DNA of 64,000 nucleotides from positions 3,967 to 67,966 of the forward strand of contig CACFEJ010000004.1 of assembly GCA_902565305.1 (NCBI GenBank), written 5' to 3'. Origin of the DNA: an uncultured Prochlorococcus sp. (GTDB lineage Bacteria; Cyanobacteriota; Cyanobacteriia; PCC-6307; Cyanobiaceae). The notes under the pieces were generated by a model. That model was not told the origin of the DNA. It did no database searches and saw only the letters and a list, made by a program, of their open reading frames with translations. Below, one piece after another: positions 1 to 9,120 of this stretch; positions within the stretch are counted from its first letter, which is position 1, and every line of letters begins with the position of its first letter. A program made the translations under genes and the position numbers.

Positions 1-315
1 CAAATCAACTAATAGGCCGCGTTTTATCAACTTACCGGTTTGTCCTCTTGAGGGTCTTGCATTGCTTGCGATTGCTCTTCCTGTTCTAACTATTAACCAA
101 CCTTGCCAAAGACTAAAAAGTAGTAAAATCAGAGATATTGTTGTAAGTGATAGACCAGGAGCTAAGCCAAGCTGTCCTTCGCTGTTATTTACAACATTTG
201 AAAAAAGCAAAACAGCTGCGACAACAACACCTAAAATGGATTGAACCCAAAAGCGTATCCATCCAATGCGCCGCATTCCAAATGAAAGGGACTGAAAATC
301 AATTTTGTCAGACAT
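1..315 (-). CDS. DUF3611-family membrane protein (3' end outside window)
   Basis: Not in ORF track. Manual translation from ATG at 315: MSDKIDFQSLSFGMRRIGWIRFWVQSILGVVVAAVLLF..., open to the window edge; resembles cyanobacterial DUF3611. Confidence 0.8.
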   Translation of the reverse strand, partial: MSDKIDFQSLSFGMRRIGWIRFWVQSILGVVVAAVLLFSNVVNNSEGQLGLAPGLSLTTISLILLLFSLWQGWLIVRTGRAIASNARPSRGQTGKLIKRGLLVDL

Positions 316-383
316 TCATTTGATTGAATAAACTATAATCAATCCAAATTTGCCACTAAAATCATAAAATTGCACGTAATCTT

Positions 384-1307
384 TTGATCTCTTTAATATC
401 GCCATCTGAAGTTAAGAGTCCTACCTCAATAGCCATTGGAAGTTTTGATGGCCTTCATGCTGGCCACAGACAATTAATAAAAAGTGTAGTTGATGAAAAT
501 CAATATACCCCAACAATTGCAAGCTTTTGGCCTCATCCTCGAGAAGTTCTCTACAAAGAGACGCGTCTTAGACTTGATCTCCCTTATGAAAAACTATCTA
601 TTCTTGAAGATCTGGGAATTGAACAATTAGTTCTCATTCCTTTTGACATGGGACTATCCAAATTAAGCGCAGAAAAATTTGTAAGAGATATTTTAATAAA
701 TCAACTACAAGCAAAAAACATTTCTGTAGGTGCTAATTTTAAATTTGGTTTCAGAAGAAGTGGAGACATTAATACAATAAAAAATATGATTAAGGATACG
801 GATATTAAACTAAAAATTACTCCAATTTTAGAAGATAAGGAAGGTAGAATAAGCAGCAGTAGAATAAGAGATCTACTAGAGAAAAGTGATCTGAAAAATG
901 CTTTCAAGATTCTTAATAGGCCTTATAGTTTTAATGGAAAGGTTGTTAAAGGTAAAGGAATTGGAAAAAGTATAGGATGGCCTACCGCAAATCTTGAAAT
1001 AGATGGTAGAAAATTTTTACCTGGAGAAGGAGTTTACGCATCTTGGACAACCATCGAAAATTCCAATCAAAAAATTGAATCTGTTATGAATCTTGGCTCT
1101 CAACCAACAATAAATCCTTTATTGCCATCTGCAGTTGAAGTTCATTTAATAAATAAAGATATCGATCTATATGGTTTAAATCTATCTGTAGAACCAGTTG
1201 AAAAACTTAGATCTCAAATCAAGTTCAAAAATATAGATCAACTTTCTAATCAAATTAAAAAAGATAGAGATAATGCTCTAAATATTTTTAAAAACTACAA
1301 CAAATAA
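384..1307 (+). CDS. ribF: Bifunctional riboflavin kinase/FAD synthetase
   Basis: IGSFDGLHAGH, ISSSRIR, GWPTAN and VEVH motifs. Confidence 0.96.
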   Translation: MISLISPSEVKSPTSIAIGSFDGLHAGHRQLIKSVVDENQYTPTIASFWPHPREVLYKETRLRLDLPYEKLSILEDLGIEQLVLIPFDMGLSKLSAEKFVRDILINQLQAKNISVGANFKFGFRRSGDINTIKNMIKDTDIKLKITPILEDKEGRISSSRIRDLLEKSDLKNAFKILNRPYSFNGKVVKGKGIGKSIGWPTANLEIDGRKFLPGEGVYASWTTIENSNQKIESVMNLGSQPTINPLLPSAVEVHLINKDIDLYGLNLSVEPVEKLRSQIKFKNIDQLSNQIKKDRDNALNIFKNYNK

Positions 1308-1314
1308 ATTACAA

Positions 1315-2370
1315 ATGCTCAATTCCAACGCTAAAAATGCTGAAGATTTAAGAATTTATCAAATTATTGACGCTAATCTAGATAGAGCTAGAGAAGGACT
1401 AAGAGTATTAGAGGATTGGGCTAGATTTGGTCTAGGCAAAGAAAAATATGTTGAAAAGATTAAAAATTTTAGACAAATTTTAGGAAAAAATCATTTGGAA
1501 GTTTATAAACAATCTAGAAATCATATTGAGGACAAATGTAAAGGATTGACTCATCAAGAGCAAATCAACAGAAAAACTTCTGAGCAAATTATAAGTTCTA
1601 ATTCAGCCCGAGTTCAAGAAGCATTACGAGTCATAGAAGAATTCTCAAGGCTGCAGAATCATGAGCTTTCAAAAATCGCTTCGGAAATTAGATATGAAAT
1701 TTATACTATTGAAATTGATTTATTAAGATATAGCAAGTTTAAGAAGTCGGAGGAAATATTAAAAAAAAATGACTTATATGTAATCACAGATCAAAGAGAC
1801 AATTTATTAGAAATAATTGAAGAGATTTTAATTGCGGGAGTAAGAATTATTCAACAAAGATTTAAAACGGGAACTGATCAAGATCATCTTCAAGAAGCAA
1901 TTCGGATTAAAAATCTATGTAAAAGATATAATTCTTTGTTTATCGTTAACGATAGAGTTGATATAGCTCTAGCATCTAACGCGGATGGAATTCATCTTGG
2001 ACAAGACGATTTAGACTTAAAAACCGCAAGAAAACTATTAGGATACTCTAAAATTATTGGTATAAGTGCAAATAATGTAAATGACATTTCAAATGCTCTT
2101 AAGGAGGGTTGTGATTACATAGGAATAGGGCCAGTATTTGAAACCACAACAAAAAAGAATAAAAAACCTTTAGGTATTGAAAATATCAAAACATTAACCA
2201 AGGATTTAAATATTCCTTGGTTTGCTATTGGAGGAATCAAGTCGAAAGATATTTCATATTTAAAAAGAAATGGGTTTAAAAAAGTTGCCTTAGTTTCGCA
2301 ACTAATGAATTCTGAAGATCCTAAAGAAGACGCTATGATGATTCTAAAAAAGTTATCTCATGAAAATTAA
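1315..2370 (+). CDS. thiE: Thiamine-phosphate synthase with cyanobacterial N-terminal extension
   Basis: IDANLDRAREGLRV N-domain; IVNDRVDIA, GIHLGQDD, FAIGGI motifs; adjacent thiS. Confidence 0.95.
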   Translation: MLNSNAKNAEDLRIYQIIDANLDRAREGLRVLEDWARFGLGKEKYVEKIKNFRQILGKNHLEVYKQSRNHIEDKCKGLTHQEQINRKTSEQIISSNSARVQEALRVIEEFSRLQNHELSKIASEIRYEIYTIEIDLLRYSKFKKSEEILKKNDLYVITDQRDNLLEIIEEILIAGVRIIQQRFKTGTDQDHLQEAIRIKNLCKRYNSLFIVNDRVDIALASNADGIHLGQDDLDLKTARKLLGYSKIIGISANNVNDISNALKEGCDYIGIGPVFETTTKKNKKPLGIENIKTLTKDLNIPWFAIGGIKSKDISYLKRNGFKKVALVSQLMNSEDPKEDAMMILKKLSHEN

Positions 2371-2569
2371 GGTAAATGGAGAAGAAAAAAAAATAGAACT
2401 TGATCAAGAAAATGCTCTACTATCTAAAGCTCTTAACCTTATGGGATATAAACCAAACACAATTGTAGTGGAGTTAAATAATTTAATTATAAATTCAATG
2501 AAATGGGAAAAAGTGAAGCTTAAAGATGGTGATAATTTAGAGATCGTTTCAATAGTTGGTGGTGGTTAA
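2360..2569 (+). CDS. thiS: Sulfur carrier protein ThiS
   Basis: 69 aa, ends EIVSIVGGG; overlaps thiE. Confidence 0.95.
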   Translation: MKIKVNGEEKKIELDQENALLSKALNLMGYKPNTIVVELNNLIINSMKWEKVKLKDGDNLEIVSIVGGG

Positions 2570-2681
2570 AAGATAAATTATTTATATATTAAAAATCTTC
2601 ATAATTTTTTAAGTTTAGGCTTGAAACAATAACCAAAATTCTCCTGTTTTCGTTTTATATTTTTAGTACCTAAATATAACA

Positions 2682-2849
2682 ATGAAAGAAAAAATTGATA
2701 ATAACTCAAGATCTCTTAAATGGGAGCAAAATGGTGAGTTAGCACATAAAGATCTCTCAGAGCTAATTGAAAGACTAAAAAATGTAGAAAGTGAACATAC
2801 CTCATCTGAGTTGTCTAGATTAGGTACAAAATCAAACATAAAAGATTAA
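2682..2849 (+). CDS. Small hypothetical protein (55 aa)
   Basis: Manual: MKEKIDNNSRSLKWEQNGELAHKDLSELIERLKNVESEHTSSELSRLGTKSNIKD*; below ORF-track cutoff, protein-like composition. Confidence 0.65.
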   Translation: MKEKIDNNSRSLKWEQNGELAHKDLSELIERLKNVESEHTSSELSRLGTKSNIKD

Positions 2850-2916
2850 ATTTGTTACTTAGATCTTGTTTTTATATAAATTTGTACCAAATTAAAAATA
2901 CTGAATATAAGAATAA

Positions 2917-3048
2917 ATGCCGAAAAGATTTCCAGAGTGGGTAAATACAGAAGTAGTGATAAAAGCAATCAAAATGAGAGAAGAAGGAATGCTATCAAAA
3001 CAACTTAATTTATGGATAGAAAACCTATTAGAAACAGAAAAAAAGTAA
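2917..3048 (+). CDS. Small hypothetical protein (43 aa)
   Basis: Manual: MPKRFPEWVNTEVVIKAIKMREEGMLSKQLNLWIENLLETEKK*; ends 4 nt from the convergent larB stop. Confidence 0.6.
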   Translation: MPKRFPEWVNTEVVIKAIKMREEGMLSKQLNLWIENLLETEKK

Positions 3049-3052
3049 TTAT

Positions 3053-3709
3053 TTAGGAAATACTTTTAATAATTCTGAGAGCCGCCATCGCCGCTCCATA
3101 ACCATTATCGATATTCATAACTGCAATACCAGGAGAACAACTTGACAACATACTATTTAAAGCAGTTATTCCATCCTTGCTAACGCCGTAGCCAACTGAG
3201 ACAGGTACTGCAATTATCGGTTGCGCCAACAATCCACCCACAACTGTTGCCAAAGCTCCTTCCATTCCAGCACAAACTATTAAAACATCATATTTATTAA
3301 TTTCTTCTAACTGACTCATCAATCGATGAAGTCCAGCCACTCCAACATCTATAAAAGATTGACAATTCACTCCATAAATTTCAAGCGCTAATTTTGCTTC
3401 AAGTGTTACGGTCAAATCGCTTGAGCCGCCTGAAATAATGGCAACTTTTTTATTAGTAATTATTTTATTAAAATTTTTCCCAATTGTTAGGCAATTTGCT
3501 TCTTCATGGAATCGTGCATCATCATACAAATCTAAAAGATAATTAGCCTTTTCACTATTAATCCTAGTAATGAAAACAACCTCATTTTTACTTAATACAT
3601 TTCTACATAATCTTTCTAATTGGTCGATACTCTTATCTTGCCCCCAAATAGCCTCAATGAGTCCAAGCCTATCTCTTCTTTGAAAATCAAATTTGATATC
3701 AAAATTCAT
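3053..3709 (-). CDS. larB: LarB/CpmA (PurE-like, circadian phase modifier homolog)
   Basis: DVGVAGLHRL, AGMEGAL, AVPVSVGYG, NIDNGYGAA motifs. Confidence 0.9.
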   Translation of the reverse strand: MNFDIKFDFQRRDRLGLIEAIWGQDKSIDQLERLCRNVLSKNEVVFITRINSEKANYLLDLYDDARFHEEANCLTIGKNFNKIITNKKVAIISGGSSDLTVTLEAKLALEIYGVNCQSFIDVGVAGLHRLMSQLEEINKYDVLIVCAGMEGALATVVGGLLAQPIIAVPVSVGYGVSKDGITALNSMLSSCSPGIAVMNIDNGYGAAMAALRIIKSIS

Positions 3710-4152
3710 CTTTGTTTATCTAATTCTCCCTCATAAATCAATTCAAAAGGATTTTCGCCTACATTTAGAGCAGCTTTAACATTATCTTCAAATTTTTGTT
3801 GAACTACATTTACTTCTGACATTGGTATGCTTTTCCATAATTTCTTACTTTTCCAATTTACTAATATTAAAGCTTCTTCTTTTTCTTTATCCCAAAATAA
3901 TTGTCTACCCAAAAAACCATCTTGAGAAGATAACCAAGGCTCCCATATATCTTTTTCCGCATTTAGCCAAGCTGCTTTTACATCAGCAGGTACTTTAAGT
4001 CTTAATTCCTCTATGACCATTTCACTTTGAAAATTATCCATTGTAAGAGCTTTTAAATTGGGAATATCAGATTGAAAAATTAAAACTACTAAGCAAATTA
4101 ATGATAAACAAAATCTTTGAATTTTTTTATTCAAATTTAAATTAAATCTCAT
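3706..4152 (-). CDS. TIGR03792-family cyanobacterial protein (ABM-like fold, N-terminal signal/TM)
   Basis: [10 protein letters not shown]...W...[16 protein letters not shown] pattern. Confidence 0.75.
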   Translation of the reverse strand: MRFNLNLNKKIQRFCLSLICLVVLIFQSDIPNLKALTMDNFQSEMVIEELRLKVPADVKAAWLNAEKDIWEPWLSSQDGFLGRQLFWDKEKEEALILVNWKSKKLWKSIPMSEVNVVQQKFEDNVKAALNVGENPFELIYEGELDKQR

Positions 4153-5369
4153 TTTTTCTCAAGAAGAACTACTGAATGGCAACTTATACCCTCTTCTCTC
4201 CCTTCTGGACCCAATTTTTCATTAGTGGTTGCTTTAATCCCAATTAAATTTTCTTCAATATTTAAAATTTCAGAAATGTTTTTTTTCATTAGTTTTATAT
4301 GTGGCATGATTTTTGGCCTTTCAGCAACAAGAACACTATCAATATTATTTATTTCCCAACCATCTTGTCTTATCAAGTCAATTACTTTTGATAACAAAAA
4401 CAAGCTATCAGCATTTTTCCATTTTTCATCAGATGGGGGGAAATACTTTCCTATGTCGCCCAACGAAAGAGCTCCCAATAATGCATCCATTATTGAGTGA
4501 CTTAAAACATCAGCATCACTATGCCCATCCAATCCTAAACTTTCAGGGTGATGCAATTTTACACCTCCAATAATTAAATCTCTATCCTCTACTAGCCTGT
4601 GAATATCGTATCCATTACCTATTCTAAATTTCATGAATTGATTATTTTCTTTTATTATTCTCTTACTTTGTGGGGATTTTTTGTAGTTTTCATTTGAAAT
4701 TAAGTCACTTCTTCTCTCCAATGTTCTTTCAAAACTTTTTCTTCTTCTCCACGATTTAATCTCTTCATGATTACCGCTCACTAAAATATCTGGCACTTTC
4801 ATATCTTTGAAAGTTAAAGGCCTTGTATATTGAGGATATTCTAATAAAGAGGAATTATGACTCTCATCTACTAAGGAGTCTGGATCACCAAGAGTCCCTG
4901 GTAATAACCTAGTCAAACCATTAATTATTGATATAGCAGGTATTTCACCTCCAGAAAGTACATAATCGCCTATCGATATCTCTTCGTCAGCTAAATATCT
5001 AATCCTTTCATCAAAACCTTCATATTGACCACAAATAATTATTATTTGATCCAAAGTGGACCACCGCGCAAGATCCTTTTGCTTTAAAACTTTACCCTGA
5101 GGGGTCATCAGCAAAGTTTTACTTTTAGGTGATTTTCTAATTGATTCATATGCCTTATAAATAGGTTCAGGTTTTAATACCATACCTGCTCCTCCTCCAT
5201 AAGGCTTATCGTCTACTTGTCTGTACGAACCTTCTCCATATTCTCTTAAATCATGTAAATTTACATCAATCAAATTCTTATCTAGAGCTCTTGTTATGAC
5301 ACCTAAATTATTTATTAATTCAAAAGCTTTAGGGAACAATGTAATTACATCAAAATTAAAACCACTCAT
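4149..5369 (-). CDS. trmD: Fused tRNA (guanine-N1)-methyltransferase TrmD / MEcDP synthase IspF
   Basis: N-term [13 protein letters not shown] and [11 protein letters not shown]; C-term [25 protein letters not shown]. Confidence 0.95.
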   Translation of the reverse strand: MSGFNFDVITLFPKAFELINNLGVITRALDKNLIDVNLHDLREYGEGSYRQVDDKPYGGGAGMVLKPEPIYKAYESIRKSPKSKTLLMTPQGKVLKQKDLARWSTLDQIIIICGQYEGFDERIRYLADEEISIGDYVLSGGEIPAISIINGLTRLLPGTLGDPDSLVDESHNSSLLEYPQYTRPLTFKDMKVPDILVSGNHEEIKSWRRRKSFERTLERRSDLISNENYKKSPQSKRIIKENNQFMKFRIGNGYDIHRLVEDRDLIIGGVKLHHPESLGLDGHSDADVLSHSIMDALLGALSLGDIGKYFPPSDEKWKNADSLFLLSKVIDLIRQDGWEINNIDSVLVAERPKIMPHIKLMKKNISEILNIEENLIGIKATTNEKLGPEGREEGISCHSVVLLEKK

Positions 5370-6281
5370 CTAAAATTCTTCCTCAAAACCAAACTCAATT
5401 AACCTTGATTCTTTTTTTCTCCAATTTGGAACAACTTTCACAAACAACTCTAGGTGAACTGGACCATCAATTAATTCTGACATATTTGACCTTGCTGACT
5501 GACCAATCATTTTTAACATTGAACCTTTCTTTCCAATAAGAATGCCTTTTTGAGTGGACCTTTCAACAATAATAGTAGCCAAAATAGCTGTAAAAACTTT
5601 TCCATTTTTCCTTTTCATTTCCTCTCTCTTTTCTATCTTTACTGCGACACTATGAGGTACTTCCTCTCTTGTATTTTTTAATACCTGTTCTCTTACTAAA
5701 TCAGATAATAAGTTATCTAATGGTTGGTCGCAAATAGTCTCTTCGCCATAAAGTTTTGGTCCCTCAGGAAGAAAATTAAGAGCCATATCCACCAGTTCAG
5801 AACATCCTTCTCCTTGAGAAGCACTTACAACTTGAAAGTTTCTATTAATTCCAAAAAATCTTCTATATTGATTTAATCGTAAATTCCTAAATTCTTTATT
5901 AACCAAATCCCACTTATTTAATGCAACAATAAACTCAGTTTTATTTGCGAGTAGAAAGTTCAAAATATATTCATCACCTCTACCAGGTTTTTCACTTGAA
6001 TCAATTACAAAAATTACCATATCAACTCCATTAATTGCAGATTTTGCGTTTTTTACTAATATCTCTCCAAGTCGATGATGAGGTTTATGAACACCTGGCG
6101 TATCCACAAATATTATTTGCCCATTGTCTGTAGTAAGTATTCCTTTTAATTTATTTCTAGTAGTTTGCGCTATTGGAGAAGTAATTGTTATTTTTTCTCC
6201 AATCAATTTATTTATTAAAGTAGATTTACCCACATTTGGCCTTCCTAGTAAAGTTACAAACCCAGATCTATAATTGGCCAA
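5370..6281 (-). CDS. era: GTPase Era
   Basis: GRPNVGKST, DTPG, NKWD and KH domain; start moved to TTG at 6281 because the longer ORF overlaps the divergent gene. Confidence 0.95.
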   Translation of the reverse strand: MANYRSGFVTLLGRPNVGKSTLINKLIGEKITITSPIAQTTRNKLKGILTTDNGQIIFVDTPGVHKPHHRLGEILVKNAKSAINGVDMVIFVIDSSEKPGRGDEYILNFLLANKTEFIVALNKWDLVNKEFRNLRLNQYRRFFGINRNFQVVSASQGEGCSELVDMALNFLPEGPKLYGEETICDQPLDNLLSDLVREQVLKNTREEVPHSVAVKIEKREEMKRKNGKVFTAILATIIVERSTQKGILIGKKGSMLKMIGQSARSNMSELIDGPVHLELFVKVVPNWRKKESRLIEFGFEEEF

Positions 6282-6318
6282 AGACTTTAATGCATCAATA
6301 ATAAAATTCTGATCAAAA

Positions 6319-6846
6319 ATGGAAAAAAAAACCATAAATTTAAAAGAAGCTTCGTTCACGCAAGCAATAAACATATCCGCACAATGGTGCAAAGAGTGGG
6401 GTGAAGATTTACTCAGCGAAGAGGTTTTAGCAGATAGAATCGCAGAGCTAACTAAAACAAGAAATGGACTTAGAGGATTTTTTGCATACGCTCTATCAGA
6501 TAAAGATTGTTTTTTGTTAGATAAACTTCCTTTTTCACTAATTTACAAACTGAACGAAGGTGGTGATGCTGTTACAGAAATAGTAGTAAAAAATTTAATA
6601 ATGAGTTCCGCTCAAATTATTATTCATCGAAGAGATAATAATCATGAATATGAGATAACATCAGAAAACATTTCAGATAGATGTAAGGCTATTTTAAGAC
6701 TGCTAGAAACTAAGTCAGTTACAAAATCTGTTAATCAGGTCCTAAAGGACTTAGATGATATGGGCAATAGTTTTGATAATTCAGTAAAGTATGACTCAGA
6801 GCAAAAGGAATTTATAAAAAAACAAATTCTTGATTTAGCCCATTAA
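6319..6846 (+). CDS. Conserved hypothetical cyanobacterial protein
   Basis: 175-aa ORF with GLRGFF and VKNLIMSSA segments; followed by a terminator. Confidence 0.8.
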   Translation: MEKKTINLKEASFTQAINISAQWCKEWGEDLLSEEVLADRIAELTKTRNGLRGFFAYALSDKDCFLLDKLPFSLIYKLNEGGDAVTEIVVKNLIMSSAQIIIHRRDNNHEYEITSENISDRCKAILRLLETKSVTKSVNQVLKDLDDMGNSFDNSVKYDSEQKEFIKKQILDLAH

Positions 6847-6873
6847 AAAAGCGTAGAAATAAATCTACGCTTT
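6845..6873. terminator. Intrinsic terminator hairpin between convergent genes
   Basis: AAAGCGTAGA-aataaa-TCTACGCTTT perfect 10-bp stem; A-run on the left gives a U-tail on the - strand, short T-run on the right. Confidence 0.8.
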
Positions 6874-6897
6874 AGGTTAGATATTTACTTAATATGT

Positions 6898-7635
6898 TTA
6901 GTCTCTTCTTCCACCGCCTTGTAGTGCAATCATTAATCTCAATATAAAAACAAAAAGATTTATATAAGTTAGATACATACCTAAAGCCCCTGCAAGATAT
7001 TGATCGTCATTATATCTTCTTGGCATTGTATAGAAATCGACAAATGACATTGCAACGAATAAGACAGTTCCAAATCCTGCAATTATCAATTCGAGTCCTG
7101 AACCTCCAAAAACTCCCGGAGCAAAGAATCCTCCAATTAATTGGACAAACATTGCTATAAGCAGTCCTATCAACCCAAGACCAACTACTCCACTTAGTGC
7201 TTGACCAACACTATCACTCATTCTTTGACCAGTATAAGAAGCAATAACGAATGTTATACCTGTAGCTAAGGCAGCTGTTCCAACAGAACCAATACCAATT
7301 GTCCCTATTGCTAATGCAACTATTCCACTTAAGGTGAATCCCGTTAACAAGCTAAAGCCTGTTAATAAAGGCAAAGCCTTTGCATTATTTGCATTATTTG
7401 CAGCACTTGTGGCTATAAAAAACAAAATTAATTCTGCAATTAATGCAACTATTGAGAGGGGCTGGAAAAGCCCAGGATTTGTTGCTATGAGTGATACACC
7501 TGCTAAAACACCTAATGAAGTTAGAACCATACCTCCACCAACGTAAGGTAAAGCTTTTTGAACAACATTAGGTCCAACAATTGAACTAGTTTGTGCTTCA
7601 CGAATAGCTTGATTGAAATTACTACTTGCTGGCAT
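6898..7635 (-). CDS. Bax inhibitor-1/YccA family membrane protein
   Basis: About 7 hydrophobic segments, C-terminal ALGMYLTYINLFVFILRL. Confidence 0.9.
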   Translation of the reverse strand: MPASSNFNQAIREAQTSSIVGPNVVQKALPYVGGGMVLTSLGVLAGVSLIATNPGLFQPLSIVALIAELILFFIATSAANNANNAKALPLLTGFSLLTGFTLSGIVALAIGTIGIGSVGTAALATGITFVIASYTGQRMSDSVGQALSGVVGLGLIGLLIAMFVQLIGGFFAPGVFGGSGLELIIAGFGTVLFVAMSFVDFYTMPRRYNDDQYLAGALGMYLTYINLFVFILRLMIALQGGGRRD

Positions 7636-7708
7636 TTTCTTTATTAAATATGATTTTATTCTACTCGATTTTTAAAATTTCAGGGTACGGATCTCCAGAG
7701 TTATAAAG

Positions 7709-8665
7709 TTATTGATAAGCCTCAATAATTTTCTGAACTAAAGGATGACGAACTATATCTTCAACCGTTAAATAACAAAATTTTATACCTTGAGTTTCAG
7801 AGAAAATTCTCGATGCTTCAATGAGGCCGCTTTCCTGATCTTTTTTTAAATCAATTTGTGTAATATCTCCGTTTACAACCATTTTTGATCTATCACCCAA
7901 TCTGGTTAAAAACATCCTCATTTGAGAGCAAGTAGTATTTTGTGCTTCATCTAGGATAACCATCGAGTTATCTAAGGTTCTGCCTCTCATAAATGCTAAA
8001 GGTGCAACTTCAATAATTCCCTTATCGATTAACGAATTTGTTCTATCAAACCCAAAAATACTATGTAAAGAATCAAATAGGGGTCTTAAATATGGATCTA
8101 CTTTTTGTTGCAAATCACCAGGTAGAAATCCCAAACTTTCTCCAGCTTCTACAGCTGGTCTGGTTAAAACTATTTTTTCAATTTTTTTCTCGTTCAATAG
8201 TCTTGCCGCGCAAACAGTTGCTAAAAATGTCTTACCAGTTCCAGCTGGTCCAATCGCGAACGTAAGATCAAAGTTTTCAATTGATTCAACATATTCTTTT
8301 TGCCTTATAGTTCTTGGTCTTAGATATCTTCCTTCTTTGGAACGCGCAAGAATTTTTTTTCCAAGTTCAGCATGTGAAGATGACTCACCCATATTTAGAG
8401 AACTTAAAGCGGCTTTAAGATCTACCTCTGGGACTTCTAACCCTTGTTCCCAAATTGGTCTTGTCAGCTCTACCAATGCTGATGCTCTCTCAATTTTAGA
8501 TATGACACCGTTCATCTCAAGTTGTAAGCCTCTTATGGTTAAAGAAACTCCTGTAAGAGACTCAAATTTTTTTAAGAAAGAATTACCAGGTCCAGATAAT
8601 GCTGTAGCGGCATCAGAGCTTGGCAAATCTATTGTGAAGTGACCAGTTTTGGAAACTTCCTTCAT
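7709..8665 (-). CDS. phoH: PhoH-family ATPase
   Basis: GPAGTGKT, RPAVEAGE, LGFLPGDL, MRGRTL, DEAQN. Confidence 0.95.
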   Translation of the reverse strand: MKEVSKTGHFTIDLPSSDAATALSGPGNSFLKKFESLTGVSLTIRGLQLEMNGVISKIERASALVELTRPIWEQGLEVPEVDLKAALSSLNMGESSSHAELGKKILARSKEGRYLRPRTIRQKEYVESIENFDLTFAIGPAGTGKTFLATVCAARLLNEKKIEKIVLTRPAVEAGESLGFLPGDLQQKVDPYLRPLFDSLHSIFGFDRTNSLIDKGIIEVAPLAFMRGRTLDNSMVILDEAQNTTCSQMRMFLTRLGDRSKMVVNGDITQIDLKKDQESGLIEASRIFSETQGIKFCYLTVEDIVRHPLVQKIIEAYQ

Positions 8666-8701
8666 TTAGTTACTGAATAAGAATAAAAATTTATCAAATC
8701 A

Positions 8702-9067
8702 CTAGCTTTCAGCTTCATTACTGTCGCTTTCAGCTTTACTACTATCATTTTCTTCGTCTTTAGTTTTAGCCTTAGCTAATTTCTCCTTCTCTAACTTTGC
8801 TTTACCAATTGCGATAGAGGGTCTTTCTATTTTTTCTAATAACCCTCCCTTTTCTAATAGGGTTCTCACAACATTTGTTGGCTGAGCACCTTGAGTAAGT
8901 CTTGTTCTTAGAGCTTCTGTGTCAAGCCTGGTTTCCTTAGTTCTTGGATTATAAAAACCTAGTTCTTGTAGAGGTCTACCATCTCTTCTGGAAGTGCTAT
9001 TGCATGCAACAATTCTGAAACTTGCCTCTTTTTTCTTTCCAAAGCGCTTAAGGCGCAACTTAATCAT
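8702..9067 (-). CDS. rpsP: 30S ribosomal protein S16
   Basis: [26 protein letters not shown]; downstream of ffh. Confidence 0.97.
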   Translation of the reverse strand: MIKLRLKRFGKKKEASFRIVACNSTSRRDGRPLQELGFYNPRTKETRLDTEALRTRLTQGAQPTNVVRTLLEKGGLLEKIERPSIAIGKAKLEKEKLAKAKTKDEENDSSKAESDSNEAES

Positions 9068-9120
9068 CTTAAATTAATGCGTTTTAATAATAATATCATT
9101 CAAAGGTAAAAATACAGAAA

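Noticed and set aside
62-244. 60-aa + strand ORF
   Set aside because: Antisense shadow of the DUF3611 gene on the - strand
6282-6392. 37-aa N-terminal extension of Era in the track
   Set aside because: Overlaps the divergent 6319 ORF; Era homology begins at (M)ANYRSGFV
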